Below are positions 1 through 10,088 of a stretch of 60,112 bases of DNA, piece after piece; the stretch's first letter is position 1, and the number at the start of each line of letters is the position of its first letter. The stretch comes from a candidate division WOR-3 bacterium. Its GTDB lineage: Bacteria > Hydrothermota > Tepidihabitantia > Tepidihabitantales > Tepidihabitantaceae. The position numbers and the translations under genes are program-made. The stretch covers positions 1-60,112 of the forward strand of contig CBFGJV010000016.1 of NCBI GenBank assembly GCA_965649205.1, written 5' to 3'. The notes below the pieces were generated by a model, which worked only from the letters and a program-made list of their open reading frames with translations, was not told the origin of the DNA and searched no databases.

Positions 1-377
1 TGTGGTGTGTGGGGAGGATAGCAAGGGAAGTACAGGTGGAGTGTGAAGAGAGGTTTGATTAGGGGGTTCAGTTCTGGTTTCAGGGGTGTGGTGAGTGCGG
101 GGTTGAAGCCAGGTTTGAAGTGGGATATGAGCCGGGGGAGGAACAGGTAGGAGAGGTGGGGGTAGAAAGCGGGAGTGGCGATGAGGGTGGTGGGGACAGA
201 GGCGGTGATAGCCGCAGGGACAGCGGATAGGGGCAGGCAGGGTCTCGGGAAGGGTGCATTCTAAAAGGAAGGAGTGCGGTTCTCTTGTCGGCTTGGTATG
301 CTTCAACAGGGTCGTAGTGCCGTCCGGGTTTAGGGGCTGGCTTGACTTGGGAAAAGACAGGTGTATCTTTAGCGCCA

Positions 378-2381
378 GTGAAGCTGCTGGTCACCAGTGC
401 ACTCCCCTATGCTAACGGAGAGATTCATTTTGGGCATCTGGCTGGAGCTTACCTTCCCGCAGACATTTATGTTAAGTACCACCGTCTGAAGGGTTCTGAT
501 GTGGTGTTTGTGTGTGGTTCTGATGAACACGGTGTTCCCATTACTCTAGCTGCCCAGAAGGAAGGAGTGAGTCCGCGTGACATCATTGAGCGATACCATC
601 CTTCCATTCGGAAGTCTTTTGAAGATTTCGGGATTGAGTTTGATAACTACTCGCGCACGTCACTGCCCCTCCATTATCAGACCGCGCAGGATTTCTTTCT
701 CCGCGTGCACGAAAAAGGCTTTCTTATTCCCCGGACCACTACTCAGCTGTTCTGCCCTGCTTGTCAGATGTTTCTCGCCGACAGATATGTGGAAGGTATT
801 TGTCCAGTCTGCGGCAGTGAGGGGGCACGCGGCGACCAGTGCGAAGCATGCGGCAAGTGGATAGAGCCTTCTGACCTCATAGAACCCAAGTGCAAGATGT
901 GCGGGGCTGCTCCAGAGGTGAGGAGCACTACGCACTGGTTTTTTGCTCTTTCCCGGTTGGAGCAGAGGCTGAGGGAATGGATTGCCAGTAAACCACACTG
1001 GAAACCGAATGTTAAACGCTTCTGTGAGGGCTGGTTCGAACGGGGACTTTCGGACCGTGCAGTTACCCGGGATTTATCCTGGGGAGTGCCGGTGCCTCTG
1101 CCCGAGGCAGAGAATAAGGTGATGTATGTGTGGTTTGATGCTCCCATTGGTTACATCTCTGCCACCAAAGAGTGGGCGGAGAAGACGGGCAAGCCGGAAA
1201 GGTGGAAGGAGTACTGGCTGGATGGGAGTACAAGACTGGTGCATTTCATCGGCAAGGACAATATCGTTTTTCACGCTATTGTCTGGCCGGCGATGCTGAT
1301 GGCTCACGGAGATTTCGTGCTGCCGGCAGAGATTCCGGCCAATGAGTTTCTGAATCTGGAAGGTGCCAAGCTTTCTACCTCGCGCAACTGGGCAGTTTGG
1401 CTGCCTGATTACCTGAAGCAGTTTCCACCCGACCCTCTGCGTTATGCGCTGGCAGTGAATTTGCCGGAGAATCGGGACGTAGATTTTACCTGGCGGGATT
1501 TTCATAGTCGCAATAACAATGAGTTGGCTGATGTGTTAGGTAATTTCGTTCATCGCGTGGCTGTTTTTCTGCAGAGAAACTATGCCGGACGGGTGCCGCA
1601 GGAGAACGCTGAGGACAGCGAGAGCCAAGAGGTGCTGAAAACGGTGCAAGAGATGCCGGCCAGAGTCGGAGAAATGATAGAAAGCTTTCAGTTGAAAGAA
1701 GCAGCACGACAGGTGATGACTTTGGCGGCTTTGGGTAATCGGTACTTTGATCATGCTGCGCCCTGGAGGACTTATCGGGTCGACCGCAGGCAATGTGATC
1801 GGACTCTGAATACCTGTATGCGGATCGTTTCTGCTCTGGAGGTGCTTTTATATCCTTTCCTTCCTTTTACCAGCCGGAAGATTGGCCGGATGCTGGGTCT
1901 GGGACCGCGGAGTTGGCAAGAGGCGGGGCGTGCTGAGTTGCCGGTTGAACTGGGGCAGGTGGAGATACTTTTTGAGAAACTGGATGAGTCAGTGATTGAA
2001 TTGCAGACCGCCAAGCTGGGCAAGTCGGCAGCAGCGGTTGGCAAAGAAAGGGAGGACCGATTGATTAGCTATGAGGAATTTCAGAAGGTAGAGTTGCAGG
2101 TTGCCCGGGTAGTGAGTGCAGAGGCGGTGCCTAGTGCCAGCAAGCTTCTGCGGTTGATAGTAGACTTGGGCACGGAGCAGCGGCAAATTGTGGCCGGCAT
2201 CGCTCTAGCGTATAAGCCAGAGGAGTTGGTGGGGAAGGAGGTTATAGTGGTTACTAATCTGCAGCCAGCACGCATCAGAGGTGTAGAATCGAACGGAATG
2301 CTTCTGGCCGCGGTTGACCAGGACCGCATAGCCCTGTTGACTGTAGACCGGCCAGTGGCATCAGGAGCCAGGGTTTCCTAG
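378..2381 (+). CDS. metG: Methionyl-tRNA synthetase with C-terminal tRNA-binding (OB) domain
   Basis: TSALPYANGxxHFGH (HIGH), Zn-knuckle Cys pairs, YVWFDAPIGY, KLSTS (KMSKS), C-terminal EMAP-like domain. GTG at 378 chosen as start. Confidence 0.97.
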   Translation: MKLLVTSALPYANGEIHFGHLAGAYLPADIYVKYHRLKGSDVVFVCGSDEHGVPITLAAQKEGVSPRDIIERYHPSIRKSFEDFGIEFDNYSRTSLPLHYQTAQDFFLRVHEKGFLIPRTTTQLFCPACQMFLADRYVEGICPVCGSEGARGDQCEACGKWIEPSDLIEPKCKMCGAAPEVRSTTHWFFALSRLEQRLREWIASKPHWKPNVKRFCEGWFERGLSDRAVTRDLSWGVPVPLPEAENKVMYVWFDAPIGYISATKEWAEKTGKPERWKEYWLDGSTRLVHFIGKDNIVFHAIVWPAMLMAHGDFVLPAEIPANEFLNLEGAKLSTSRNWAVWLPDYLKQFPPDPLRYALAVNLPENRDVDFTWRDFHSRNNNELADVLGNFVHRVAVFLQRNYAGRVPQENAEDSESQEVLKTVQEMPARVGEMIESFQLKEAARQVMTLAALGNRYFDHAAPWRTYRVDRRQCDRTLNTCMRIVSALEVLLYPFLPFTSRKIGRMLGLGPRSWQEAGRAELPVELGQVEILFEKLDESVIELQTAKLGKSAAAVGKEREDRLISYEEFQKVELQVARVVSAEAVPSASKLLRLIVDLGTEQRQIVAGIALAYKPEELVGKEVIVVTNLQPARIRGVESNGMLLAAVDQDRIALLTVDRPVASGARVS

Positions 2382-3181
2382 TGCGAGCTCGGAAGACGGA
2401 GCAGAATCCGTACGGCTTGGTTATGTTCGATGCGCATTTGCACCTTACTGATGCGCAGTTTGAGCCTGATCGTAAACAGGTGATAAAACGTGCCCAGCAG
2501 GCTGGAGTACGTCAGTTTCTGTTGGCCAGTCAGAGTGTACCGGACAGTCAGGAGGTGATTTCTCTCTGTCGCGAGCTGGATTCAGCCTGTTGTGCTGTAG
2601 GCGTGCATCCCCACGAAGCGGACAGATTCCGCAGTGCGGACATCTTCGCTCTCAAGGAGATGTTTATCGAGCCCTGCGTTAAGGCTGTGGGCGAGATCGG
2701 GCTTGATTTCTTCCGCACTATTTCTACCCGTTCGAATCAGGAAATGGCCTTTGCGGCACAGATTGAGTTGGCGTGCAGCATGGGTATGCCCATGGTGATT
2801 CATACGCGCGATGCCGCCAGTCGTACCCGCCAGATGCTGGAGGACCAGGGCTATTTCAAGGGAGTGATACATTGCTTTTCGGGCGACGCCAAGTTTGCCG
2901 ATTGGGCGGTGGAAAAGGGATTCTATATCTCTTTTGCCGGCAACATTACCTATGATGAGGTTCGTCTGCCTGATGTTGTCAAGGTGGTGCCCAAAGAAAG
3001 GTTGATGGTGGAGACGGACGCACCCTATCTGGCGCCGGTGCCCTATCGGGGAAAACGTAACGAGCCGGCATTTCTGTCCCATACAGTAATCAGGCTGGCT
3101 GAGATTTTGGACCTGACGCCCCAGGAAACGGCCAGTTTGACAAGGGAGAATGCCCGGCGCTGCTTTGGTCTTACTGACTAG
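2381..3181 (+). CDS. tatD: TatD family hydrolase/DNase
   Basis: DAHLH, GVHPH, VGEIGLD, IHCFSG, ETDAPYLAP, RGKRNEP motifs; usual position after metG. Confidence 0.93.
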   Translation: MRARKTEQNPYGLVMFDAHLHLTDAQFEPDRKQVIKRAQQAGVRQFLLASQSVPDSQEVISLCRELDSACCAVGVHPHEADRFRSADIFALKEMFIEPCVKAVGEIGLDFFRTISTRSNQEMAFAAQIELACSMGMPMVIHTRDAASRTRQMLEDQGYFKGVIHCFSGDAKFADWAVEKGFYISFAGNITYDEVRLPDVVKVVPKERLMVETDAPYLAPVPYRGKRNEPAFLSHTVIRLAEILDLTPQETASLTRENARRCFGLTD

Positions 3182-3252
3182 CATCCTGCCTCCGTCACCT
3201 GTCGTCTCATTTCTGACAGTCAATCCAGTTGCTTTTCCGCCCCGTGTTTCGC

Positions 3253-4059
3253 ATGCATGACGAATTCTTTAGGCCACGCAAGTCCCTCGGTCAGTCGTTT
3301 CTGGTTTCCCAGAGGATAGCTGATGCTCTGGTCGCAGCCCTGGAGCCAACCCCCCAGGATACGATTCTGGAGATTGGACCGGGGCACGGAGTTCTGACCG
3401 AAAGGATAGTGGGAAGAGTGGCCCGGCTGGTCGCGGTGGAGTTGGACCGGATACTCGCTCGGCGCCTGGCGCAGAAGTACGGCGGGGCGGTAGAAGTGGT
3501 GGAGGCAGATTTCCTTCGCTTCGATTTCGCGGCACTGGGGACGGTGAAGGTAATAGGGAATTTGCCCTACAACATATCCTCTCAGATTATATTTCGACTG
3601 CTGGAAGAGGGACATAACTGGTCTTTGGCGGTGCTGACTACGCAACGAGAATTTGCCGCGCGCGTACTGGCTTCTCCTGGAAGTAAAGAGTACGCCGCAC
3701 TTTCCGTGCTCTGCGAATGCGTATGTATTAGAGAAAAGCTGTTCAATATTGCGCCGGCGTATTTTCGTCCGCGGCCGCGAGTTGTTTCTACTGCATTTCG
3801 GCTACGCAGGCGCAAAGAGAACCTGATTACCGTGTCCGATCCGGAGGGGTTCAAGCAGTTGGTGAAAGCGTGCTTCAGTCAGCGTCGGAAGACACTGGTC
3901 AATAATCTGGCGCACGTGCTGGGCCTTAGCAAGTCAGAGGTGCTGAGAGTTATGACAGAGGCGCGACTGCCGGCTACGGCGCGTGCGGAGTATTTGACGC
4001 TGGACGATTTTGCCCGGCTCTACGACTGTTTGCGCACGCGTTTCAGGAGTTCTTCGTAG
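3253..4059 (+). CDS. rsmA: 16S rRNA (adenine-N6,N6)-dimethyltransferase
   Basis: KSLGQSFL, LEIGPGxG, GNLPYNIS, F-x-P-x-P-x-V-x-S, QRRKTLxNN. Start may be 3229 or 3253. Confidence 0.95.
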   Translation: MHDEFFRPRKSLGQSFLVSQRIADALVAALEPTPQDTILEIGPGHGVLTERIVGRVARLVAVELDRILARRLAQKYGGAVEVVEADFLRFDFAALGTVKVIGNLPYNISSQIIFRLLEEGHNWSLAVLTTQREFAARVLASPGSKEYAALSVLCECVCIREKLFNIAPAYFRPRPRVVSTAFRLRRRKENLITVSDPEGFKQLVKACFSQRRKTLVNNLAHVLGLSKSEVLRVMTEARLPATARAEYLTLDDFARLYDCLRTRFRSSS

Positions 4060-5249
4060 TAGGCTGCTGTTCGGCGGGCAATGAGGGGCCAGGCGTACTG
4101 CTGAGCTCTGGCCAGACCAGACGCGGCAAGACGACGGCGGAGCTCTGGGTCGGACAAAACTTGAATCAGGGCGGAAGCAAGCTGATCGGGGTCAGCTGGT
4201 GGGACAAGTAGGCCAGAAACCCCGTCTTCTACAGTTTCATCGTATCCGGGAATCCGTGAAGCCACAACCGGTGCTCCCGAGGCCATGGCTTCCAGCAATA
4301 CTATTCCCAGAGTTTCTCCACCAAGAGCCGGGGAGCAGTACACATCGCAGCCGCAATAGTAGCGCCCCAGCTGTTCAGCAGGAACAACACCGGCAAAGAT
4401 AACTGCCCGACTCAGCCCAAGTTTGTGGCAGAGTTTTTCGGCCCGCGTGCGTTCCGGCCCTTTTCCCACCACCACAAGCCGGGCTCCTGGAAAAGCGGAC
4501 AATACCTTCGGAAAAGCGTTGAGGAGAACTGGCAATCCCTTGCGTCGGTCGAGTCGGCCTAAGAAAAGTACAGTAGGACGCGAAGGGTCTTTTTCCGGCA
4601 AGGGGGGCAGTCCTGGTCGGAAACGTTCCAGGTCGACGCCGGAGGGAATGATTCTGGGTTCTCCCGGTACATAGGCGCAGAACGCCTGCCAGGCGCGGCG
4701 GGAAATGGGGACAAGACCGTGAATGCGAGCAAGGTGTTTACGGAACAGCAAACGAAAGACACGGGCACCTGTAGTCCTGATTCTGAATCCGGCCGTAAGA
4801 AAGGTCACCACATGCACCGCTTCGCTGTAACGAATAGCCCAGTACGATATTTCCGGCCAGAACATTCCGTGACAATGAACGATGTCAAACTGGCGGGTCT
4901 GAAAAAACCTCTTTACCTGAGCTGCCAGACGCAGTCCTACTGGTAGAGTGGCGAAGGATTGATTCATGGGCACGAGCAGCGCCTGCCCCAGACGCGTCAC
5001 AGCGAAAGGCGGACTCGCAGCCGGATGATTGGCCGAAGGAAGTGAATAGTTGGTCGTGAGAATCTGAACCTCGTGCCCTAGACGGTGCAGGGAAAGGGCA
5101 AGATTGTGCACATGCTCGCTGACCCCGGAAGGGTAAGGATGGTACGCAGCGGAAACAAGGCAGATACGAAGTGGCATGTGGGTTGGGGAAGGATCAGGCG
5201 ATGCGGGGGTAAACGAGATAGAGTCGTGCAGGCCCTGTGGGGTCGTCAT
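4020..5249 (-). CDS. GT4 glycosyltransferase (PimA-like)
   Basis: GVSEHV N-terminal motif, FLGRLDRRKG, ETLGIVLLEAMASG. Confidence 0.85.
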   Translation of the reverse strand: MTTPQGLHDSISFTPASPDPSPTHMPLRICLVSAAYHPYPSGVSEHVHNLALSLHRLGHEVQILTTNYSLPSANHPAASPPFAVTRLGQALLVPMNQSFATLPVGLRLAAQVKRFFQTRQFDIVHCHGMFWPEISYWAIRYSEAVHVVTFLTAGFRIRTTGARVFRLLFRKHLARIHGLVPISRRAWQAFCAYVPGEPRIIPSGVDLERFRPGLPPLPEKDPSRPTVLFLGRLDRRKGLPVLLNAFPKVLSAFPGARLVVVGKGPERTRAEKLCHKLGLSRAVIFAGVVPAEQLGRYYCGCDVYCSPALGGETLGIVLLEAMASGAPVVASRIPGYDETVEDGVSGLLVPPADPDQLASALIQVLSDPELRRRLAASGLARAQQYAWPLIARRTAAYYEELLKRVRKQS

Positions 5250-6379
5250 TGTTCGGTGAGCGTTCGGTACACCTGTTCAATACGCGCGGCCACGGCTCGC
5301 CAGGAATACTCTTGGGCGTCTGCTAATGCCTGGCGGGAAAGGCTCTCTCGGTAGGTAGATGAAGTAAGTACTTTGAGCAGAACTTCTGTGAGAGCCTCGC
5401 TGTCGCCGGGCGGAAAGAGCAGGCCGTTGCGGCCATGAGTTATGACTTCGTCATAGCCAGGGATGCGAGAGGCAACGACTGGTTTACCGCAGGCCATAGC
5501 CTCGAGGAGAATAATTCCCATGGCTTCCGGTTTCAAAGTAGGAGCACAGAATACAGTGCAGCCCGCATACCACGCGGGAAGGTCTTCAGGAGAGACGAAC
5601 CCGCAGAACCGGACTGCGTTGTCCAGCCCCAGTTTGTGCGTGAGTCTCCGGCAGGCTGATTCCAGCGGTCCGGCGCCGACAACCAGCAGCTTTATTTCCG
5701 GAATTACCCTTTTTACACCGGGCAGAGCCCGCAGGAGAACGGGCAGTCCTTTGCGTTTGTCCAGCCGGCTGACATATAAAATAGACGGTGTTTCGACGCT
5801 TTTAGGAGCCCAGGCGGAGGGGTGGAATTTTTCTGTGTCTACCCCGTTCGGAATTACCGCAATTTCTCCCGGGAACCAACCCTGGGCCCAGCTGGCGCAG
5901 GCCTGCGACACGGCGATGCGACGGGAGACTCTATTGACCAATCGGCGAAAGCAGATTCGAAATGCAGTCTGGAAGGGCGCCGCCACTCGGGGAGAAACGG
6001 TATGAAATGTTACTACAACTGGCACCGTGGCACTGACCGCGGCCCAATAGCAAATCTCAGGGGGGAAAATACCGTGGCAGTGCACCAGGTCTGGCTGATA
6101 TTCGGCTAGATAGTTTTTTACTTGACGAGCAAGGTTCAGCCCGGCAGGAAGAGTGAAGTGGCCGCCGTGGGCTGGCAAGACAAGGGCACGGCCAATTCTT
6201 GTAACCGGAAAGTCGATTTTCTCTGTTTCTGGGTTGTGGCGAGAGAAAGTGGGAAAACAGGTGGTAAGGATGCTTACCTGGTGTCCGCGGTTATGCAGTG
6301 AGAGTGCGAGGTGATGAACGTGCTCACTGACACCGGATAAGTATGGTCGATAGGCGCTTGTTACCAGGCAGATTTTCAT
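5246..6379 (-). CDS. GT4 glycosyltransferase (PimA-like), paralogue of the downstream gene
   Basis: GVSEHV, IPNGVD, SRLDKRKG, EAMGIILLEAMACG. Confidence 0.85.
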   Translation of the reverse strand: MKICLVTSAYRPYLSGVSEHVHHLALSLHNRGHQVSILTTCFPTFSRHNPETEKIDFPVTRIGRALVLPAHGGHFTLPAGLNLARQVKNYLAEYQPDLVHCHGIFPPEICYWAAVSATVPVVVTFHTVSPRVAAPFQTAFRICFRRLVNRVSRRIAVSQACASWAQGWFPGEIAVIPNGVDTEKFHPSAWAPKSVETPSILYVSRLDKRKGLPVLLRALPGVKRVIPEIKLLVVGAGPLESACRRLTHKLGLDNAVRFCGFVSPEDLPAWYAGCTVFCAPTLKPEAMGIILLEAMACGKPVVASRIPGYDEVITHGRNGLLFPPGDSEALTEVLLKVLTSSTYRESLSRQALADAQEYSWRAVAARIEQVYRTLTEQ

Positions 6380-6807
6380 CCCGTAGAGCCAAGGCCGCGT
6401 CGGCCGCGTTTGGTAGCGGAGAGATCAGAGGCACGTTGCAGTCTTACCATCGCTACCTGCTGGAAAACTAGTTGAGCTATTCGCTCGCCTCTGCGCACTT
6501 GGTAATCCTGATCGGAGAAATTGAAAAGGATTACCTTCAGTTCCCCTCTGTAGTCCGGGTCAATTGTGCCCGGGCTATTGAGTACGCCTATGCCATGACT
6601 GGCAGCCAGACCGGAGCGAGGTCGTATCTGAGCTTCCAACTGGCGGGGGAGAGCCAGAGAAACGCCTGTTCTCACCAGGGCAAAACTGCGAGCCGGAATC
6701 AAGGTGCTGTGGGTCGCGGCGAGGTCATAACCCACGGCTCCTTCCGTACTGCGCACAGGCATAATGCCGTGTTTCAGCAGTTTTACGCGGACGCAACGGG
6801 ATTTCAT
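6376..6807 (-). CDS. dut: dUTP diphosphatase
   Basis: GYDL, RPRSGLA, NSPGTIDPDYRGE, RIAQL, RGxxGLGSTG; ATG overlaps the upstream stop (ATGA). Confidence 0.95.
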   Translation of the reverse strand: MKSRCVRVKLLKHGIMPVRSTEGAVGYDLAATHSTLIPARSFALVRTGVSLALPRQLEAQIRPRSGLAASHGIGVLNSPGTIDPDYRGELKVILFNFSDQDYQVRRGERIAQLVFQQVAMVRLQRASDLSATKRGRRGLGSTG

Positions 6808-7676
6808 AACCAGCCGGCGCGAAAAGCAAACCATTGATCCGGATATTGGCTGACTATCTGGTCAAGTCTTGCGGCTATGAGGCGGGTGTAGTTTTCGATG
6901 TCTGCGGTTAAGTTTTCGGTGCGACGCAACTGCAATGGCGGGTGAACCTGGGCATAATAGGGAGGATGCCCGGGACGATTCTGTAACACAAAGTAACCGA
7001 TGAGCACAGGGAGATCGTACTTTAAGGCGTACGCGGCCGGGCCACGAGGAAAGGAGCGCCGGGCGTCGAAGGAGGGACAGATGATGCCGTGACCGGTGAG
7101 GTCGCGGTCTGCCACCAGAGCCAGCAGTCGTTTGCGTTTTATGGCGTCAACAATACCGCTCCGTTCCGGGATGGGTATGGCCTCCATTTCGTCGAGACAG
7201 CGATAGCGATTGAAGGTTTCGGTCCAGCCGGCAGGTATGGGTTCGACTACGGCGGTGAGAGGATAGCCATAGGCGGTTAAGAAAACTGCGGCAAGGTCCC
7301 AATTGCCTATGTGGCCGGTGACCAGGATTGCGCCTCTGTCTTGGCTGAGTCCTTTTTCTATGCTTCCGGGCCGGTATTCAACCCAGTTTTTGAGGCGACG
7401 TTTCAGAATGGGACCACGCATCATGTCCATATAGCAGATGACAAGGTTTTCAAAGGTGCGACGGGCGACTCGGTTCAACTCATTCTGGGAGGCAGCAGGT
7501 CCGAGGATATGGCGTAAGTTTTCTAGCACGTGGGCTCGTTGTCTATGGTTTGTGGCGTACACAATCCGTCCGGCGAAGCGGGCCAGAGGTAGCACCAGCC
7601 AGCGAGGAAGGAAGAACTGCAGGATGGTACCTAAGGGAAGCAGCCAGGTGACGGCTGCGCGACGTCTTTTTTTCAA
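6804..7676 (-). CDS. Lysophospholipid/lipid A acyltransferase family protein (LpxL/PatA-like)
   Basis: GHIGNWD (H-x4-D/E), LVADRD, YPDQW motifs. Confidence 0.85.
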   Translation of the reverse strand: MKKRRRAAVTWLLPLGTILQFFLPRWLVLPLARFAGRIVYATNHRQRAHVLENLRHILGPAASQNELNRVARRTFENLVICYMDMMRGPILKRRLKNWVEYRPGSIEKGLSQDRGAILVTGHIGNWDLAAVFLTAYGYPLTAVVEPIPAGWTETFNRYRCLDEMEAIPIPERSGIVDAIKRKRLLALVADRDLTGHGIICPSFDARRSFPRGPAAYALKYDLPVLIGYFVLQNRPGHPPYYAQVHPPLQLRRTENLTADIENYTRLIAARLDQIVSQYPDQWFAFRAGWL

Positions 7677-7723
7677 GGCAGAAAAAGAAGGTGGTAAGCG
7701 CTTTTGTTGCGGGTCATGACTCG

Positions 7724-8131
7724 CTAGAGCGAAGAGGCGGCAGCACTTGCTGCCTGGGCCAGCTTGTCTGCCGCTCGATTCTGGCCGCGGGGAACCAGCT
7801 TGAGTCTAACTTGAGGAAGACGGGAAAGCATGTTCATACACCGCGCGTGCAATTGTTGCAGTTCTACATCCTTAACCCGGAAGCGACCGGTGGCCTGGTT
7901 GAATACGAGAGCAGAGTCAGTGCGGATTTCTACTTCCTCCCCGGGATATTGGGTTGCTTCTTTGAGTCCGCATAGCAGAGCTTCGTATTCAGCCTGGTTA
8001 TTGGTGCGGGTGCCGAGGTAGCGACTGATTTCCTTGCGGGTCTGCCCATCCGTACCTATTACGCGTACGCCGATTCCGGCTGGGCCGGGGTTGAAACGAG
8101 CAGAGCCGTCTACTTCTATTACGAGTGGCAC
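7724..8131 (-). CDS. rnhA: Ribonuclease HI family protein
   Basis: DGSARFNPGPAGIG, TNNQAEYEAL, TDS, NRAADKLA; GTG start at 8131 inferred. Confidence 0.9.
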   Translation of the reverse strand: MPLVIEVDGSARFNPGPAGIGVRVIGTDGQTRKEISRYLGTRTNNQAEYEALLCGLKEATQYPGEEVEIRTDSALVFNQATGRFRVKDVELQQLHARCMNMLSRLPQVRLKLVPRGQNRAADKLAQAASAAASSL

Positions 8132-8192
8132 GCTATCTTCAGCAGCCGGCCAAATGGCGAAAGAACCGCGGCGAGAACCAGAGTTAGAGCGG

Positions 8193-8900
8193 TCATTTCT
8201 TATCCGGTACCAGAATACGACCACAGGCCTCGCAGGTGAAAATGCGGTCTTGACGTTCTATTTCCAGCAGGCGTTGAGCCGGCACCGGATTGTAGCATCC
8301 ATTACATCTGTCGTTGCGTGTGGTCACTACGGCCAACCCGGCCTTGTTCTTGCGGATACGTTCGTAGAGCGCCAGCACGTTGGGGGGCAAACTGGCGACC
8401 AGAGCAGCCCGCAACTGCTCTCTTTCGGAAATAGCCGCAACGAGTTCTTCTTTCTCTTTCTCCAGCATTGCTACCTTCTGGGCTGTTTCCGCTTCGGTTG
8501 CGGCTACTTCCTTTTCCAGGGTTTGCCTCTTGTTCTCTAGTTCTTCTGCTTCTTCCATCAGGATAATCATGCGATCCTCTATGCGAGACTTTATTTTCTT
8601 CTGGGTGTCGATTTCCTTGAGGAAGGCTTTGTATTGTTCGTTAGTCTTGGCAGAGTAGAGCTGGACCGAGTAGGAGCTTATCTTTTCCTCTGTCGCTTTC
8701 AGCTCCACTTCGGCCAGTTTGTATTCTTTCTTATGCTCTGTAATTGCCTGGCGTACTGTTTCGAGCTGGGAGTGCATATTGCCGGCTTCTTCCTTCAGCC
8801 TGGCAATACGTTTGGGAAGTTCTTCCAGGCGAGCTCGCAGCATGGCTAAATCAGAGTCAGTTTTCTGCAGTTCGGTGAGTTGGGCAAAAACTTGCTTCAT
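8193..8900 (-). CDS. Coiled-coil protein with C4-type zinc ribbon (DUF164-like)
   Basis: Long coiled coil followed by CNGC...CEACGRIL. ATG at 8900, because the longer ORF runs through the tRNA. Confidence 0.9.
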   Translation of the reverse strand: MKQVFAQLTELQKTDSDLAMLRARLEELPKRIARLKEEAGNMHSQLETVRQAITEHKKEYKLAEVELKATEEKISSYSVQLYSAKTNEQYKAFLKEIDTQKKIKSRIEDRMIILMEEAEELENKRQTLEKEVAATEAETAQKVAMLEKEKEELVAAISEREQLRAALVASLPPNVLALYERIRKNKAGLAVVTTRNDRCNGCYNPVPAQRLLEIERQDRIFTCEACGRILVPDKK

Positions 8901-8947
8901 ACTGTATTTACTGTTCTGAAAGCTGCATCGGTGAAAGCCGCCCGCGG

Positions 8948-8983
8948 AAAGAAAAAGGGTGTGCCGGTTTCGCCAGCACACCC
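8948..8983 (-). terminator. Intrinsic terminator-like hairpin downstream of tRNA-Val
   Basis: Minus strand GGGTGTGCTGG-CGAAA-CCGGCACACCC followed by TTTTTCTTT. Confidence 0.7.
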
Positions 8984-9059
8984 AGAAAGGCTGGGAGTAA
9001 AGGCCAGTCTCTTCCCGGACTAAATGCCTGCTTTTCCGATACAGCTGGTTCTGAGAATA

Positions 9060-9135
9060 TGGGCGATACCTGACTTGAACAGGTGACCTCTTCCATGTCA
9101 AGGAAGCGCTCTAACCAAAGCTGAGCTAATCGCCC
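9060..9135 (-). tRNA. tRNA-Val(GAC)
   Basis: GGGCGAT/ATCGCCC acceptor stem, anticodon arm CTTCC-TTGACAT-GGAAG, GTTCAA T-loop. Confidence 0.95.
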
Positions 9136-9188
9136 GGTTGGAATGGAACGGTTCAAGGTATCTGAATATAGCCAGGCCTGGCGGGAAG

Positions 9189-10088
9189 TCAAGCAGGGGG
9201 GTGGGGCTTGGTGCGCGTAGAGATGTGGTACCAGAGCACCCGACAGAGAGCGGTAAGTTCTAGCAGAGGCAAAAGGAAGATAGCTTTCAGCCAGAAGCAA
9301 CGACTGGAATCGTGCTTGGCTAGATAGCGGAAGAGTGAGCGATGCGTTTCCCAGATCATCTTCGTACGCACCTGGCTGGTACTAGCTCCCCGACGATGGA
9401 TTACCCGCGCTGCGGGCACGTACCAGATTTTCCAACCTGCGGAAAGTAGACGCTTGCAGAGGTCAACGTCGTTGTAGAAAATGGGAAAGCTTTCGTCGAA
9501 ACCTCCAAGTTCCTGTAAAACAGCACGTCGCAGCATAAGGCACGAGGCCATCGGCTGTTCCACTTCCGCCGGTTGCGTGTAGTCAAATTTGCTCAGACGC
9601 CATCGTCCCAGGCGGCTGTGAGGAAACAGCCGAGCCAGCCCGGTGAGTTCGGCGAGGATAGTTCCGGGAGTTGGGAGGGAGCGCACAGAGGGTTGATAGG
9701 TTCCGTCCGGATTGAGAAGACAGGGGGCAACCGCAGCGGTATCGGGATGGCTGTCCAGCCATGCTGCCAGAAGGCCAAGCGCGCCCAGTTCTATCCGGGT
9801 GTCGGGGTTCAGCAGCAATACGTATTCTCCCCGCGCTCGACCGAGGGCTTGGTTGTTAGCCCGGGCATATCCGAGATTGCGTTCATTGGTAATAAGGAGA
9901 AGGTGATGCCGTGCTTTGAGTTTCTGCAAAGTCTCATCGGAAGAAGCGTTGTCCACCACCAGTAATTCGAATTCCTGTTCAAAGTTGATGGAGTCGAGGC
10001 AGGCGTCTATGTCCGCAGCGCTGTTCCAGGTGACGATGATGATAGATAGTTTTGGAGAAGAGGGAGTGGTAGGCAGGGTGTGGCTCAC
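9189..10088 (-). CDS. GT2 glycosyltransferase (WbbL/rhamnosyltransferase-like)
   Basis: IIIVTWN, VVDNASSD, NLGYARANN, LLNPD, GGFDE, YNDVDL. Confidence 0.88.
   Translation of the reverse strand: MSHTLPTTPSSPKLSIIIVTWNSAADIDACLDSINFEQEFELLVVDNASSDETLQKLKARHHLLLITNERNLGYARANNQALGRARGEYVLLLNPDTRIELGALGLLAAWLDSHPDTAAVAPCLLNPDGTYQPSVRSLPTPGTILAELTGLARLFPHSRLGRWRLSKFDYTQPAEVEQPMASCLMLRRAVLQELGGFDESFPIFYNDVDLCKRLLSAGWKIWYVPAARVIHRRGASTSQVRTKMIWETHRSLFRYLAKHDSSRCFWLKAIFLLPLLELTALCRVLWYHISTRTKPHPPA

Noticed and set aside
80..394. Pro/Ser-rich minus-strand ORF
   Set aside because: By-product of the G-rich tract; overlaps the metG start region.
4020..4059. 40-nt convergent overlap of rsmA and GT4
   Set aside because: Short tail-to-tail overlaps are common; nothing suggests a special function.
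8901..9101. N-terminal extension of the zinc-ribbon ORF
   Set aside because: Runs through tRNA-Val and a terminator; the real start is ATG 8900.
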